Shown in pieces: positions 29,060-40,600 of a stretch of 64,000 nt of DNA. The stretch lies in contig JACKIG010000018.1 of NCBI GenBank assembly GCA_020638595.1, forward strand, positions 2,532-66,531, given 5' to 3'. The notes under the pieces were generated by a model, which was not told where the DNA came from, searched no databases, and saw nothing but the letters and a program-made list of their open reading frames with translations. Positions within the stretch are counted from its first letter, which is position 1, and each line of letters opens with the position of its first letter. The translations under genes were made by a program, and so were the position numbers. This DNA is from Rhodospirillaceae bacterium (GTDB lineage: Bacteria; Pseudomonadota; Alphaproteobacteria; DSM-16000; Inquilinaceae).

Positions 29060-30871
29060 TCAGCCGGCCGCGAGCGCCGCGGCCGGGATGCGGTAGAACG
29101 AAACCGGCTCCGCCAGGCCCTTCAGGACGCAGCTTTCCCGGCGGATGTCCATGCCGTCCAGCAATGCCGACACATCCGGATCGGCCATCATCTCGCCCGA
29201 CAGCACGATGTCGCCGCCGGTGCTGCGGCTTTGCAGCCGCGCCGCCATGTTGACCGCGCTGCCGAAATAGTCCAGCCGGTCGTTCAAGGTGACGGCCACG
29301 CACGGCCCGCGATGCAGGCCCAGCTTGATGACGAGCGGCTCGCCCCCGCGCTGCCGGTTGAATCCCGCGACCGCCCGCTGGATGGCGATCCCGGCCGCGG
29401 CGGCGCTGGCCGGGTCGCTGAAGACCGCCATCACCGCATCGCCGATGGTCTTCACGATACCGCCGTCATGGGCCCGCACATGGCCGGCCAGGAAGCGGAA
29501 ATGCTCGCGCACCAGCGCATAGGCCGGGGCGTCGCCGATCCGCTCGTACAGCTCCGTCGAATCCTTCAGGTCGGTGAACATCAGCGTGGCCTGCGAGATC
29601 GGGGCCTCGTCGCCGGGGCGCAGTCCGGCATCGGGGAAGAGGTCGCGAAAGGTCTGCAGGGCGGTGACGCGGTCGGCCGTCAACGCGTCCCGCAGCCAGG
29701 TCCGGTCCTCGATCACGGCGGTGAGGGGGCGGTCTTCCCGGTTGATCAGCCGAAGGCGGCCCGGCGGGGCCGGCGGGCCCATGCGCACGGTGCCGTCTTC
29801 CAGCACCAGCTCGGGGAACGGGCCGTCCTTCCAGGACAGGTCGGTGGCGCCGCCGATCTCGAATGTGCGCAGCCGATAGTCGCCGGGCGGGAATGCAGCC
29901 TCGACCTCGCGCGTCAGGCCCGGGCCGACCGTGACCTGGGCGCGGATGTGGGGGGTGGTCATCGGCCCGAGCAGGCAGTACTCGCCGTCGGGGATCGGCC
30001 GCAGCCAGGTTGCCGGCCGGAACGTCACCTCCACATTGCGGGCGAACTCGCGGTCGTAAGTGATATTGCAGCTTTCGCAATGGGCGCGGGTCGGCAGGCG
30101 GTCGAGGCTGATGACCGACATCTTCGCGCCGCGGCAGCGTGGGCAGAGCAGGTCCCACCGCAGTTCCAGCACCCCGTCGACGACGGCTTGCAGGCACAGC
30201 TCGACGACGTGGCGCGTCCGGCAGCCCCAGTGTGCGGCCAGCGGATAGGGGCGCAGGCGGACCAGGTCCATCTCCATCGCGCGCGCCAGATGGTCGGTCA
30301 GCCGGCGCGCCAGGCCGTGACCGTTGCCGGATGCCTCGATGCTGTCGATGGCCGCCGACAGCCGGTCCTGCCGGCCCCCGGCCAGGCGATGGGGTGTCGT
30401 TTCGAAGGCGGTGTCGCGCCGGTGTGCGGCCCAGTCGCGGGCCAGGTCGGCCAGGCGCGTGAATGTCCGGCGGGTGGAGGCGAAGAAGGCGGTGGCCAGC
30501 AGGATGCGGCCGAACAGGGTCCTCGGTTCGGCGTCCACCGTGTAGTGCCCGACCGCGCCCGTGCCGTCGGGTCGCAGCCTCAGCGTCGCGACAAGGCGCG
30601 CCAGCGGCCCGCGGCTGAACACGCGTTCATGGCGAAACCACTGGGCATGGATCCATTCTACGGGAACTTCTTCCCAGTCCAGGTGGACCGGACCCTTGCG
30701 CGCGTGGGCGGTGATGCGGACGGATCCGTCGGGGCGCACGGTCTCGACGATCGTGTGCTTGGGCAGTCCGGCAGCCTCGTTGGCACGGGCGGTGTCCGCC
30801 AGTGCCGGCCAGACGGCCTCCGGCGGACTGTCGAACCGCCAGACGAAGGTGCGGGATTGCAGCCGTGCCAT
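29060..30871 (-). CDS. class III adenylate/guanylate cyclase with N-terminal SRPBCC-like domain and CxxC...CxxC zinc-ribbon-like segment
   Basis: C-terminal cyclase ATLMFTDLKDSTELYERIGD...KTIGDAVMAVFSDP...DYFGSAVNMAARLQ. Central LLCPRCRGAKMSV...AHCESCNITYD. Start set at ATG 30871. It lies 50 nt upstream of the next cyclase on the same strand. Confidence 0.8.
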   Translation of the reverse strand: MARLQSRTFVWRFDSPPEAVWPALADTARANEAAGLPKHTIVETVRPDGSVRITAHARKGPVHLDWEEVPVEWIHAQWFRHERVFSRGPLARLVATLRLRPDGTGAVGHYTVDAEPRTLFGRILLATAFFASTRRTFTRLADLARDWAAHRRDTAFETTPHRLAGGRQDRLSAAIDSIEASGNGHGLARRLTDHLARAMEMDLVRLRPYPLAAHWGCRTRHVVELCLQAVVDGVLELRWDLLCPRCRGAKMSVISLDRLPTRAHCESCNITYDREFARNVEVTFRPATWLRPIPDGEYCLLGPMTTPHIRAQVTVGPGLTREVEAAFPPGDYRLRTFEIGGATDLSWKDGPFPELVLEDGTVRMGPPAPPGRLRLINREDRPLTAVIEDRTWLRDALTADRVTALQTFRDLFPDAGLRPGDEAPISQATLMFTDLKDSTELYERIGDAPAYALVREHFRFLAGHVRAHDGGIVKTIGDAVMAVFSDPASAAAAGIAIQRAVAGFNRQRGGEPLVIKLGLHRGPCVAVTLNDRLDYFGSAVNMAARLQSRSTGGDIVLSGEMMADPDVSALLDGMDIRRESCVLKGLAEPVSFYRIPAAALAAG

Positions 30872-31604
30872 GTCCGGGCAAGGATAGGGATGCAACGGGG
30901 GCGCCAATGTGGCGCGGGTCGCATCGGCAGGGCAAGCCGGTGCGGGGCGGCTTCGGCGGGTCGGCGCGCGCGGGATCGGGGACGACACCGGCTTGCGATG
31001 ATACCAACGGGCCGATGAAATCCAGACCGTCTCGCCCATTTATGGTCGCTTGAGATTAACTCTATCTTAACCCAACATTCGGCGACGGAACCTAATCAAA
31101 GGCCTGATGTCCGGCGGGTCCGGTTCGCGCGTTGTCTGTGCAGTGTGGCCATTTCACGTGAGACTAAGTTGAAACGTTCTCGCGAAATCCGCATGAGCGG
31201 TACGTCGGCGAGCCGACGACCTGGATAATTTGAAGACGTAGTTCGTCGGGTTGAAATGATGTCTTTCCGCCTCGCAGGGGCATGAATTCGATGGTGGGCG
31301 CACTGAATGAAGTGGTCAATTTGACTTCAGGTAGTATCAACGAGATGTGCGAGCACATTCAGTCATTGAGAGCACCTTCAAATCGCGCATCAGTATTTGA
31401 TAAATGTTTCTCGGTCGATGTTGTGGCTGTCGGTGATTAACTAATATCATTCCATTCATTAACCAATAATATCGCTAAAATGCGATCTAAAGGGATGACG
31501 ACGGCGGTCCGGCGAAGTAGTGTAACCGGCGAGGGAATACGTGTGTCCGGGGCCGTTGCGTGTCGCGAGCGGCGAAACTCCGGGGGCAAAGGGGGAACCA
31601 AGCA
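30872..31604. promoter_or_regulatory. divergent control region with an AT-rich core (about 31040-31520)
   Basis: 733 bp between the cyclase start (30871, minus) and the giant gene start. The base composition drops sharply: 20 G/C in the 60 nt at 31441-31500 by my count, against a clearly GC-rich surrounding sequence. ATTAAC/CTTAAC strings recur (31051-31070, 31435-31465). Confidence 0.5.
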
Positions 31605-34600
31605 ATGACCAGCCGTCGCAATCGAGCTGAGACTAGGGTCCATGGTCCTGCCGACGCCCGGCGGACACCCTTGGGCAGGCTCGGGCTTGGGGCCCCGCAT
31701 GACCCCACATGGCGATTCGCGCGGATGCGCCCCTTGGGGCGATCGCCGGTGCTGCGCACGGCGCTGGTCGGGTCGACCGCGCTGACGGCGGCCGGTGTCT
31801 GCGGCCACCTGTTCCTTTCCGACGCCGCCATGGCGCTGCCGACGGACGGCACCGTGGTCGAGGGCCAGGCGGAGATCATTTACGGCGAGAACTCGGTCAC
31901 GATCCAGCAAGGGTCCGATCGTGTCATCATTGAATGGCAGACCTTCGACATCGCGGGGCATGAAAGCGTCGACTTCATCCAGCCCTCCGCCTTTGCTGCC
32001 GCCCTCAATCGCGTCCTCTCCGGTGCCCCCTCGCAGATCCTCGGCTCGCTGACCGCCAACGGGCAGGTCTTCATCTCCAACCCCGCCGGCATCAATTTCG
32101 GCCCCAATGCCAATGTCGACGTGGCGTCCATCGTGGCGACCTCGCTCGACATCATGAACCGCGACTTCATGGAAAGCCGGCTGGACTTCAACATCGCCGG
32201 CGACCCGACGGCGGTGATCGAGAACCACGGCGCGATCCGGGCCAGCGGCCTGGCGGCGCTGGTGGGCCCGGGTGCCCGCAATGCCGGGGTGATCGTCGCC
32301 GACGTGACGATCCTGGGCGGCGGCCAGGGCTTCGCGCTGGACTACTACGGCGACGGGCTGGTGAACTTCACCATCACGGACCCGACGACGGCGCAGCCGA
32401 TCGATGCGGACGGCAACCCGCTGGCGGCGCTGGTGGTCAACGACGGGACGATCATGTCCGATGGCGGGCAGGTGATCCTGGCGGCCGATGCGGCGGCGGG
32501 GGTGATCGACAACGTCATCAACCTGGACGGCGTCGTGATGGCGCGGTCGATCGCGACAGAGGGCGGGCAGGTGGCCCTGGTCGGCGGCGACGAAGGTGCG
32601 GTCGTGGTGGCCGGCACCATCGAGGCGACCGGCGACGACGACGGCGAAGCAGGCGGCACGGTCCATGTGCTGGGCGACACGGTGGTGCTGGCCGACGGGG
32701 CGGTGATCGACGTGTCGGGCCGGGCCGGCGGCGGCACGGCGCTGATCGGCGGCGATCAGGGCGGCGGCGCCCATGTGCCGACGGGGTCGCTGGCGTATCT
32801 GGCACCGGCGGCCGGCGGCCGCTCGGGCACCACCATCGTGGTGGATGCCGCGTTCGAAACCGACGGCTTCATCCCCGAGGCGGACATCGTCTATGTCGAA
32901 GGCGGGTCCGTGGTGGCGGCCGATGCGACCGATACCGGCGACGGCGGCACAGTCGTGGCCTGGGCGAATGACGAACTGGAATTCCACGGGTCGATCAGCG
33001 CCGGAGGCGGCGCCAACGGCGGCGACGGCGGGCTGGTCGAACTGTCCGGCGGTACCCTTGTCGCGGATGGGGCCGTTGAACTCCGCGCCGCCTTGGGCAA
33101 GGCCGGAAGCCTGATCCTCGATCCGACCGTCCTCCTCGTGTCCGAAGTCAGTGGCACGATCGACAGCGTTCTTGGCGTGGGCGGCAGTGGCGGCACGGTC
33201 AACCTGACGGCGACCGAGGCAATCATTGTCGACGTAGCGATCGACACCTCGGGGTCGGCGGTTGCCGGGACGTTGAATTTCGATGACCAGGATGACGACA
33301 ACGCGCTGACGGTCAACCTGGACAACCCGATCACGCTGGGCGCGGCGCAGGGCATCACCGGCGAAGCCACCATCGTCAACATTTCCACGACGCTGGGCGA
33401 TGCCATCCAGGACGGCATCGACATGTCCGCCGCCGGCGCGACCATCAATGTCGCCCCGGGCACCTATGTGGAGAATGTGACCATCGACCGGTCGTTGACC
33501 CTGGTGTCGACCGACGGGCGCGACGTCACCACGATCGAGGGGATCTCCGGCGCCGGATCGCTGGGGACGGTGGTCATCGTCCCGAATGTCAACGACGTGC
33601 AGATCGGTGATATCGGCCACGGATTCACCATCGAAGGCATCGATAACGGCAGTCCGGGGATCGAAAACGCGGCCGTCTACCTGCAGGGCAGCCACGACGG
33701 TATCGACATCATCGGCAACGACATCGTCGCCAACGGCGATGCGGGCCTGCTGAGCGAAAACACGGCCACGGTCAACGACGTCGTCGTCGACAACAACATC
33801 TTCTCCGGCCAGACATTCGAAGGGTCGGCCCCGGCCGGCGACGGCTTCGGCCAGCAGTTCACGCTGCCGAACGTGCCGCGCCAGCTGGTGACGTTGAGCG
33901 GTCCCAATACATCGAACGTCGCCTTCACCAACAACGAGATCACCGGCACCGCCGGCGGCACCAATGCCGGCGGCAACCCCCAGGGCAATACGCTGGTGAC
34001 GATCGATGCCACCAACGCGACGATCACCGGCAACATCTTCAACGGTGTCACGTCGCGGTACGGGACCAGCCTGCGCGCGCGCGGCACCAACACCCTGATC
34101 AGCGGCAATACGTTCCATGCCGCGGGCCTCACCGACACCAACGGCCACCTGTTCGTCCACGAGACGATCTATACCGACCTGCCTGCGGGCGCCCCGTCGA
34201 ACATCGTTGAGATCTTCGAGGCCAACACCTTCGTCGGGCGTGCAACCGTCACCAGCGACGACGGAAATGTCGGCGCGGACGGCATCGGACTGACGATCCA
34301 GGGTGCGATCGACGCCTCCGTTGCCGGGGCGACGGTTCACGTCAATGACGGCCTCTATGAGGAAAGCATCGTCGTCGACCGGGCGCTGACCGTCGCCGGC
34401 GGCGGCATCGGCAACACGACGACGGTGGCTGTCGAGGCCGGCAGCGTCGGCATGACCATCACCAGCAGCGACGTCACGGTGACGGGCATCGAATTCGACG
34501 GCCAGGATCAAGCCAATACGACCGGCGTGCTGGTCGAAGCCGACGGCAGCAATGTCGAAGACGTGACGCTTCAGGCGGTGGCCTTCACCGACCTGACGAC

Positions 34601-37600
34601 CGCATTGCGCACCACCGGCAGCAGTGGCGGCGTGCGGCGCGTCGATGTCACCAACAGCATGTTCGACGGCATCTCCGGTGTCGTCTTCGACCTGGACGGC
34701 GGGTCGTTCGCCGACACGTTCACCGTGTTCAACAACCGTATCATCATCGCCGATCTGGATGCCGATCTGCTGCGCCGGCCTTTCAACCGCGTCCTGAACG
34801 CCAGCGGCAACTTCTGGGGCGTCGAGGACGGCAGCCCCGAGGGCTTCCGCATCCTGTCGGAAACCGAGGTCGCCGAGCGCGTGGTCGACGGCAGTGGAAC
34901 CGTCGTGTCCGGCCGGCTGGACTTCACGCCCTTCCTGACCAGCGCCGAGGATACGGATGCGGCCGACGGCTTCCAGGGTGATTTCAGTGAACTGTTCGTG
35001 ACCACCCTGGGCGGGCAGTCGGGCAGCACCGGCCGCATCCAGGAGGGCATCGACCTCGTCAGCGGCAGCACGGTGCTACTGGGCGCGGGCACCTTCGTCG
35101 ATCCGACGCAGGTGGTCATCGGCGCCGACATCACCATCCAGGGCCAGGGCGCCGGCACGACCATCGTCACGCCCGGTTTCGATACCGGCACCAGCGGGCG
35201 TTCGCGGGCCTGGTGGGTGGTGGAAGACGGCGTGGTTGCCGACATCAGCGGCTTCACCATGGACGGCAGCGGGCACCAGATCTTCACCGCGCTGATGCAC
35301 CATGGTTCGGGCACGATCGACGAACTCGCGTTCGAGAACATCCGCTACAGCACCTATCTCGGCTTCGGCGTCATGGTCCGCGAGGACTATCTGACGCCGG
35401 GCGCCGGGACGCCGCGCGTCGTCAATGTCACCAATTCGACCTTCAGCAATATCGAACGGGTCGGCATCCACTATTTCGACGACGGCACCACCGGCACGAT
35501 CAGCGGCAACACCTACACCGGCAAGGGCGCTGTCGATGCGCTCGACTACGGGATCGAGCTGGGCGGCGGCGCGGTGGCCGACATCATCGCGAACACCATC
35601 ACCAACAATATCGCGGAGGCGTCGACCGATCACTCGAGCTCGGCCGCTATCCTGATTTCGACGTATTTCGGGCCGGGAACGGCAGCGACCATCGAAAACA
35701 ACGTGCTGACGGGCAACACGATCGGCGTGGCCGTCGGTTTCGACAGCTCCGACACCAGCGCCGTCACCATCTTCAACAACGACTTGAGCGGCAACACGTT
35801 TGGCGTGACGTCAAGCGCACCGGTCGTCGATGCGTCCGGCAACTGGTGGGGCACGGATGACGAGGAGCAAGTCCGCGCGCTGACGAGCGGCGCGGTCGAC
35901 TTCACGCCGTTCCTGACCAGCGGCGGCGACACGGATGTGGCCGACGGCTTCCAGGGCGATTTCTCCACGCTGTTCGTCACCGCCTTGGGTGAGCAGAGCG
36001 GCGGCATCGGCCGCATCCAGGAAGGCGTGGACCTGGTGAGCGGCAGCACGGTGCTGGTCGGTGCCGGAACGTTTGTCGGCAACGTCGTCATCGACAAGAC
36101 ACTGACGCTGTCGGGCGCCAATGCGGGCATCGATCCCAACACGGGCACGCGCGGGCCCGAGACGATCATCGTGCCGGGGACGTCGGACCTGGATGCCGTC
36201 ATCGGCGTGACGGCGGACGGCGTGACCATCGACGGCGTGACCATCGACGGCGACAACACCGCACTGACCACCGCGACGATCGACGACCACACCAACGGCA
36301 GCGATCCGGATGCCTATTACGGCGTCGCCAATACGGACAATGCCGGCACCTACACGGCGATCGACAACCTGACGATCACCAACAGCATCATTACCAACCT
36401 GACGGATGCGCCGGACGGCGGCTACGAGGGCTGGGGCGTGGTGTTGTGGACGCCGTCGGGCACGGCGATGTCCGGCAACCTGATTTCCAACAGCCTGTTC
36501 GACTATGCGGGCGGGCGCTCGATCGTGCTGCTGTGGAACGGCTATGCCAGCGTTACGGACAACGTCATCCGCAACACGCCGGTCGGCATCTATTCGGAGA
36601 ACATGTACCGGGCATCCGCCGGTCCATGGTCCTGGACGGGCAACCAGGTGTCGGCCAGCATCGCCGGCATCTGGCACAACCTGGCCTATCAGGATGCGAC
36701 AACGCTGACGATTGCCGGCAACACCGTCACTGCCGAAGCGGCACCGGCGGCCCTGGGCGTTGACGCGCGGCGCTGGGCCGGCGTGTGGGTCAGTTCGATC
36801 CAGAACGCCGTCGACGTCGTGATCCAGGACAACATCATCGACGCCATCGCGCTGGCCGGCAGCCGGCTGACGACCGGCTATGAGATGTGGAACCTGCCCA
36901 CGACGGCGGACATCGCCATCGAAGGCGGCACCGTCTCGCATGTCGACTACGGCGTCTGGGTGCAGAATTTCTCGCCGTCGTTCAATGCCGGCGGTGATAC
37001 CGCGGTGACGATCACCGGCCTGACGCTGGAAGACTTCAATGCGGGCGGCGTGGGCGTCTTCGTCGACGACGATCCGTCCGGCACGGCGTCCGTGTCGGCC
37101 AACCTGCTGAATACGCCCAATATCATCGACGGCGACGGCGGGATGGCGGTCGGCATCCTGGCCGAGGGGGCATTGGCCTCCCTCACCTTCACCGGCGCGA
37201 CGCCGGTTCAGTTCGTCAATTTCGACGACCCGGGCCAGAACTACATCGCGCTGCGTGACGGCGCCATGGCTGGGCAGGAAATCGATGGCAGCGGGCTGAC
37301 CTTCGAAGGCCTGACGGCTGCGGCACTGGGCGATGACGCGGCCGGCCGGGCAGCGGGCTTCAACCTCGAAGACCGCATCGAACACTACCTCGACAACGAG
37401 GGCGTCGGGTTCGTTCGCCTGGATGCCGACCGGATCTGGGCCACCGTCTCCGACAACCACACCACCAATCCGGGCGCCGTGCGCCGCGCGGTGGAGCAGA
37501 GCGTGCCCGGCGGCACGGTGTTCCTGGCCGACGACGTCTTCCAGGAAGACGGCCAGATCGTGATCGCCGACACCCTCACCGTTCGCGGCGAGGGCATGGA

Positions 37601-40600
37601 CGCGACCGTCGTGCAGTCGGTGTTCGATACCGGGTCCTCGGGCGACAACCGGGCATGGTGGCTGGTGGATACGGGCGTGGAGTTCCACCTGAGCGGCCTG
37701 ACCCTGGACGGCAACGGCCAGCAGGTCTACCAGGCGATCCGCCACAAGGGCAGCGGCACCGTCGATGGTGTCCGTTTCACCGACATCCAGTTCAATGCGG
37801 GCGGCCCGACCTATCAGGGGACGGCCATTGCTGCGTTCGGCGATGGTGCGGTGGATGTCACCGGCTCTGTCTTCGAAGACATCGGGCGCGTCGGCGTCCT
37901 GTACTACGGCGCCGGCGTCAGCGGCAGCGTCTTCTCCGGCAATACCTATACCGGCAAGGGCGCGGGCGACTGGCTGGACTATGCGCTGGACATCAGCAAC
38001 GGCGCCCAGGTGACAGTCACCGCCAACACGATCACCAACAACCTGGGCGTGGCGTCGTCCGATAGTTCGACCTCGGCCGGCATTCTGGTCTCGACCTTCT
38101 TCGGGCCGGGGACCTCCGCGCTCATTCAGAACAACTTCATCACCGGCAATTCGACCGGCGTGTTCGTTGGTTTCGATGCGTCGGATACCAGCACAGTCAC
38201 CGTTTTCAACAACGACCTGTCCGGCAATGGTGCCGGTGTCCGCAGCACGGCGGCCCTCGTCGACGCATCGGGCAACTGGTGGGGCACGGATGTCGAGGCA
38301 GACGTCCTGGCGCTGACCAGCGGCGCGGTCGACTTCACCCCGTTCCTGGTGAGCGGCACGGACGGGGATGACCTGGCATCGACCGGCTTCCAGGGCGACT
38401 TCTCGACGCTGTTCGTCACCACGCTGGGCGAGCAGAGCGGCAGCGTCGGCCGCATCCAGGAAGGTGTGGACCTGGTGACGGCCAGCCGCGTGATCGTGGG
38501 GGCCGGCAGCTATATCGAGACGGTGCTGATCGACAAGTCGCTGGAGCTGGTTGGGGCGAACAACGAGCACGTGAGCCCGGACGACATCCTCCGCGGGGCA
38601 GAGAGCGCGATCATCGGCGGCATCCAGGTGGGTGCCGGCATCAGCGGCGTGACCATCGACGGCCTCAGCATCATCGATGGGGCGGCCATCCTGGGTGAGA
38701 CGGCGGGTATCTATCTGAACAACAACGCCGACGACGTCACCATCGCCAACACGATCTTCACGCGCACGGGTGCGCCCGGCTTGGCGCGCGGCATCATCAC
38801 GTCCGGCGCCGGGGTGTCCCATGTGGACATCACCGACAACAGCTTCACCGGCTGGGCGACCGGCGTCTATGTGAACCCCAATGCCGATGACGTGGAGGTC
38901 GGCGGCAACCTGTTCGACGGCAACACCGTCGGCATGTCGGTCGACGGCCCGTCTGGGGCGGGCGGCGTCACCATCGACGGCAACACCTTCACGAACAGCA
39001 CGTTCGAGGGGCTGGGCATCGGCCCCGATGCGGCGCCGACGATCCAGAACAACCACTTCGCCGACAACGCCGTGCATATCGGCGTGTACGGCACGGGGTC
39101 CGTGCCCGACATCAATACGCTTCTGGGCGCGGGCAACACCTTCGACCGCTGGGTGACGATCAGCGCCGGCCAGGGCGGGGCGTGGGACCGGCAGGCGGGG
39201 TCCGTCTACGGGATGATCCAGCCGGCGATCGACGATGCCGGCATCGGCGCCACCGTGCTGGTGGGCCCGGGGACCTATGCGGAAAGCCCGCTGATCGACA
39301 AGTCGCTGACGCTGACTTCGGACCAGGGGCGCGATGCCACCTTCATCCAGCTGCAGACGGGGCCGACCTATCTGGGCTCGCTGACGATCGGCGGCGACGA
39401 CGTCACGGTCGACGGGTTCACCATCATCGGGCGGGACGGTACGCCGGGGCAGATCGGCGCGGCGAACATCTGGGTGATGGCGGGGCTGAACGAGATCGTC
39501 ATCTCCAACAACCGCTTCCAGGTGGGGCAGTTCGACGCCGGCAGCACCAACGGCGAAGACGGCATCGGCATCCTGACGACCTATGACGTCAGCGGCACGA
39601 ACGACGTGGCCAGCCTGACGGTGACGGGCAACATCTTCGAACCGCTGAACGGCAGCGGACGGCGGGCGTTCTACATCAACCCGGGGGTGCAGGACTTCGA
39701 GTTCTCGAACAACAGCATCCTGGGCAACTTCACCAGCACGGCGATCACGCAGGCCAGGAACGGGCTGGTGGCGTACAACACCGTCACGGGCAACGGCAGC
39801 TCGGCGACGCTCGCCACCTGGGGGTATCCGGATCCGGACGTCTTCGGCCGGACGACGTTCCGCGGCAACACGATCTCGGGCACGGCCGCGGGCCTCATCG
39901 TGTACGAGACCAACAACGTCACGATCGAGCATAATTTCATCGACGACGTCGGCACCGGTATCCGGGTTCTGGATCTCGGAAGCTTCAGCGGCGACCTCGA
40001 CGGGTCGACGATCACGATCTCCGACAACAGCGTCACCAATGTTGCCGGCCTGCTGGTCGAGAATACCTATTCGACCACGGTGAACGCCTCGGGCAACTGG
40101 TGGGATTCCACGGACGAGTCGGTCATCGCCGGGCGGATGTCCGCCCTGGTCGACTTCACGCCGTTCCTCATGAGTGGCACGGACACGGATAGCCTGGCGT
40201 CGACCGGCTTCCAGGGTGATTTCTCGACCCTGTTCGTCACCACGCTGGGCGAGCAGACCGGCAGCACGGGCCGCATCCAGGAAGGTATCGACCTGGTCAC
40301 GGCGAGCACCGTGATCCTCGGTGCCGGAACCTTCACCGATCCGGCCCAGGTGGTGGTCGACAAGGACGTGGTCATCTACGGCCAGGGGCCGGGGACGACC
40401 ATCATCACGCCCGGATTCGACACCGGCAGCAGCGGCAATGCGCGCGGGTGGTGGCTGGTCGAGAGCGGCGTCGACCTCCAGCTCTCCGACGTGACCTTCG
40501 ACGGTGCGGGGCACCTCGTCTGGCAGGCGATCCGCCACCAGGGGTCGGGCAGCATCGACAACGTCGCGTTCCAGAACATCCTGTTCAATCCGTCCTCCAG

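Noticed and set aside
25327-29096. Two further >1,100-aa ORFs (25327-29058 minus, 25632-29096 plus) overlapping the SAM-cyclase-NTPase gene. Similar long overlapping ORFs occur elsewhere (e.g. 7327-9027, 9038-12241, 12955-14433, 16514-18157, 19880-22669, 22516-24411, 29000-31018).
   Set aside because: They have the Arg/Pro/Gly/Ala-rich, low-information translations typical of off-frame reading in high-GC DNA. In each case exactly one overlapping frame carries clear family motifs.
25659-30871. The cyclase pair as a Pycsar/CBASS-like anti-phage signalling module.
   Set aside because: Both have canonical class III adenylate/guanylate cyclase motifs fused to sensory or regulatory domains. There is no adjacent small effector (TIR, TM, nuclease, patatin). 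The architecture fits signal transduction better than known cyclic-nucleotide defence operons.
31164-31400. Small ORFs in the AT-rich region upstream of the giant gene (64 aa on the minus strand at 31164-31358; 39 aa on the plus strand at 31281-31400).
   Set aside because: They have no SD, no recognisable motif and a composition dictated by AT-rich DNA. The plus-strand ORF is below any reasonable length threshold. The region is treated as regulatory or non-coding.
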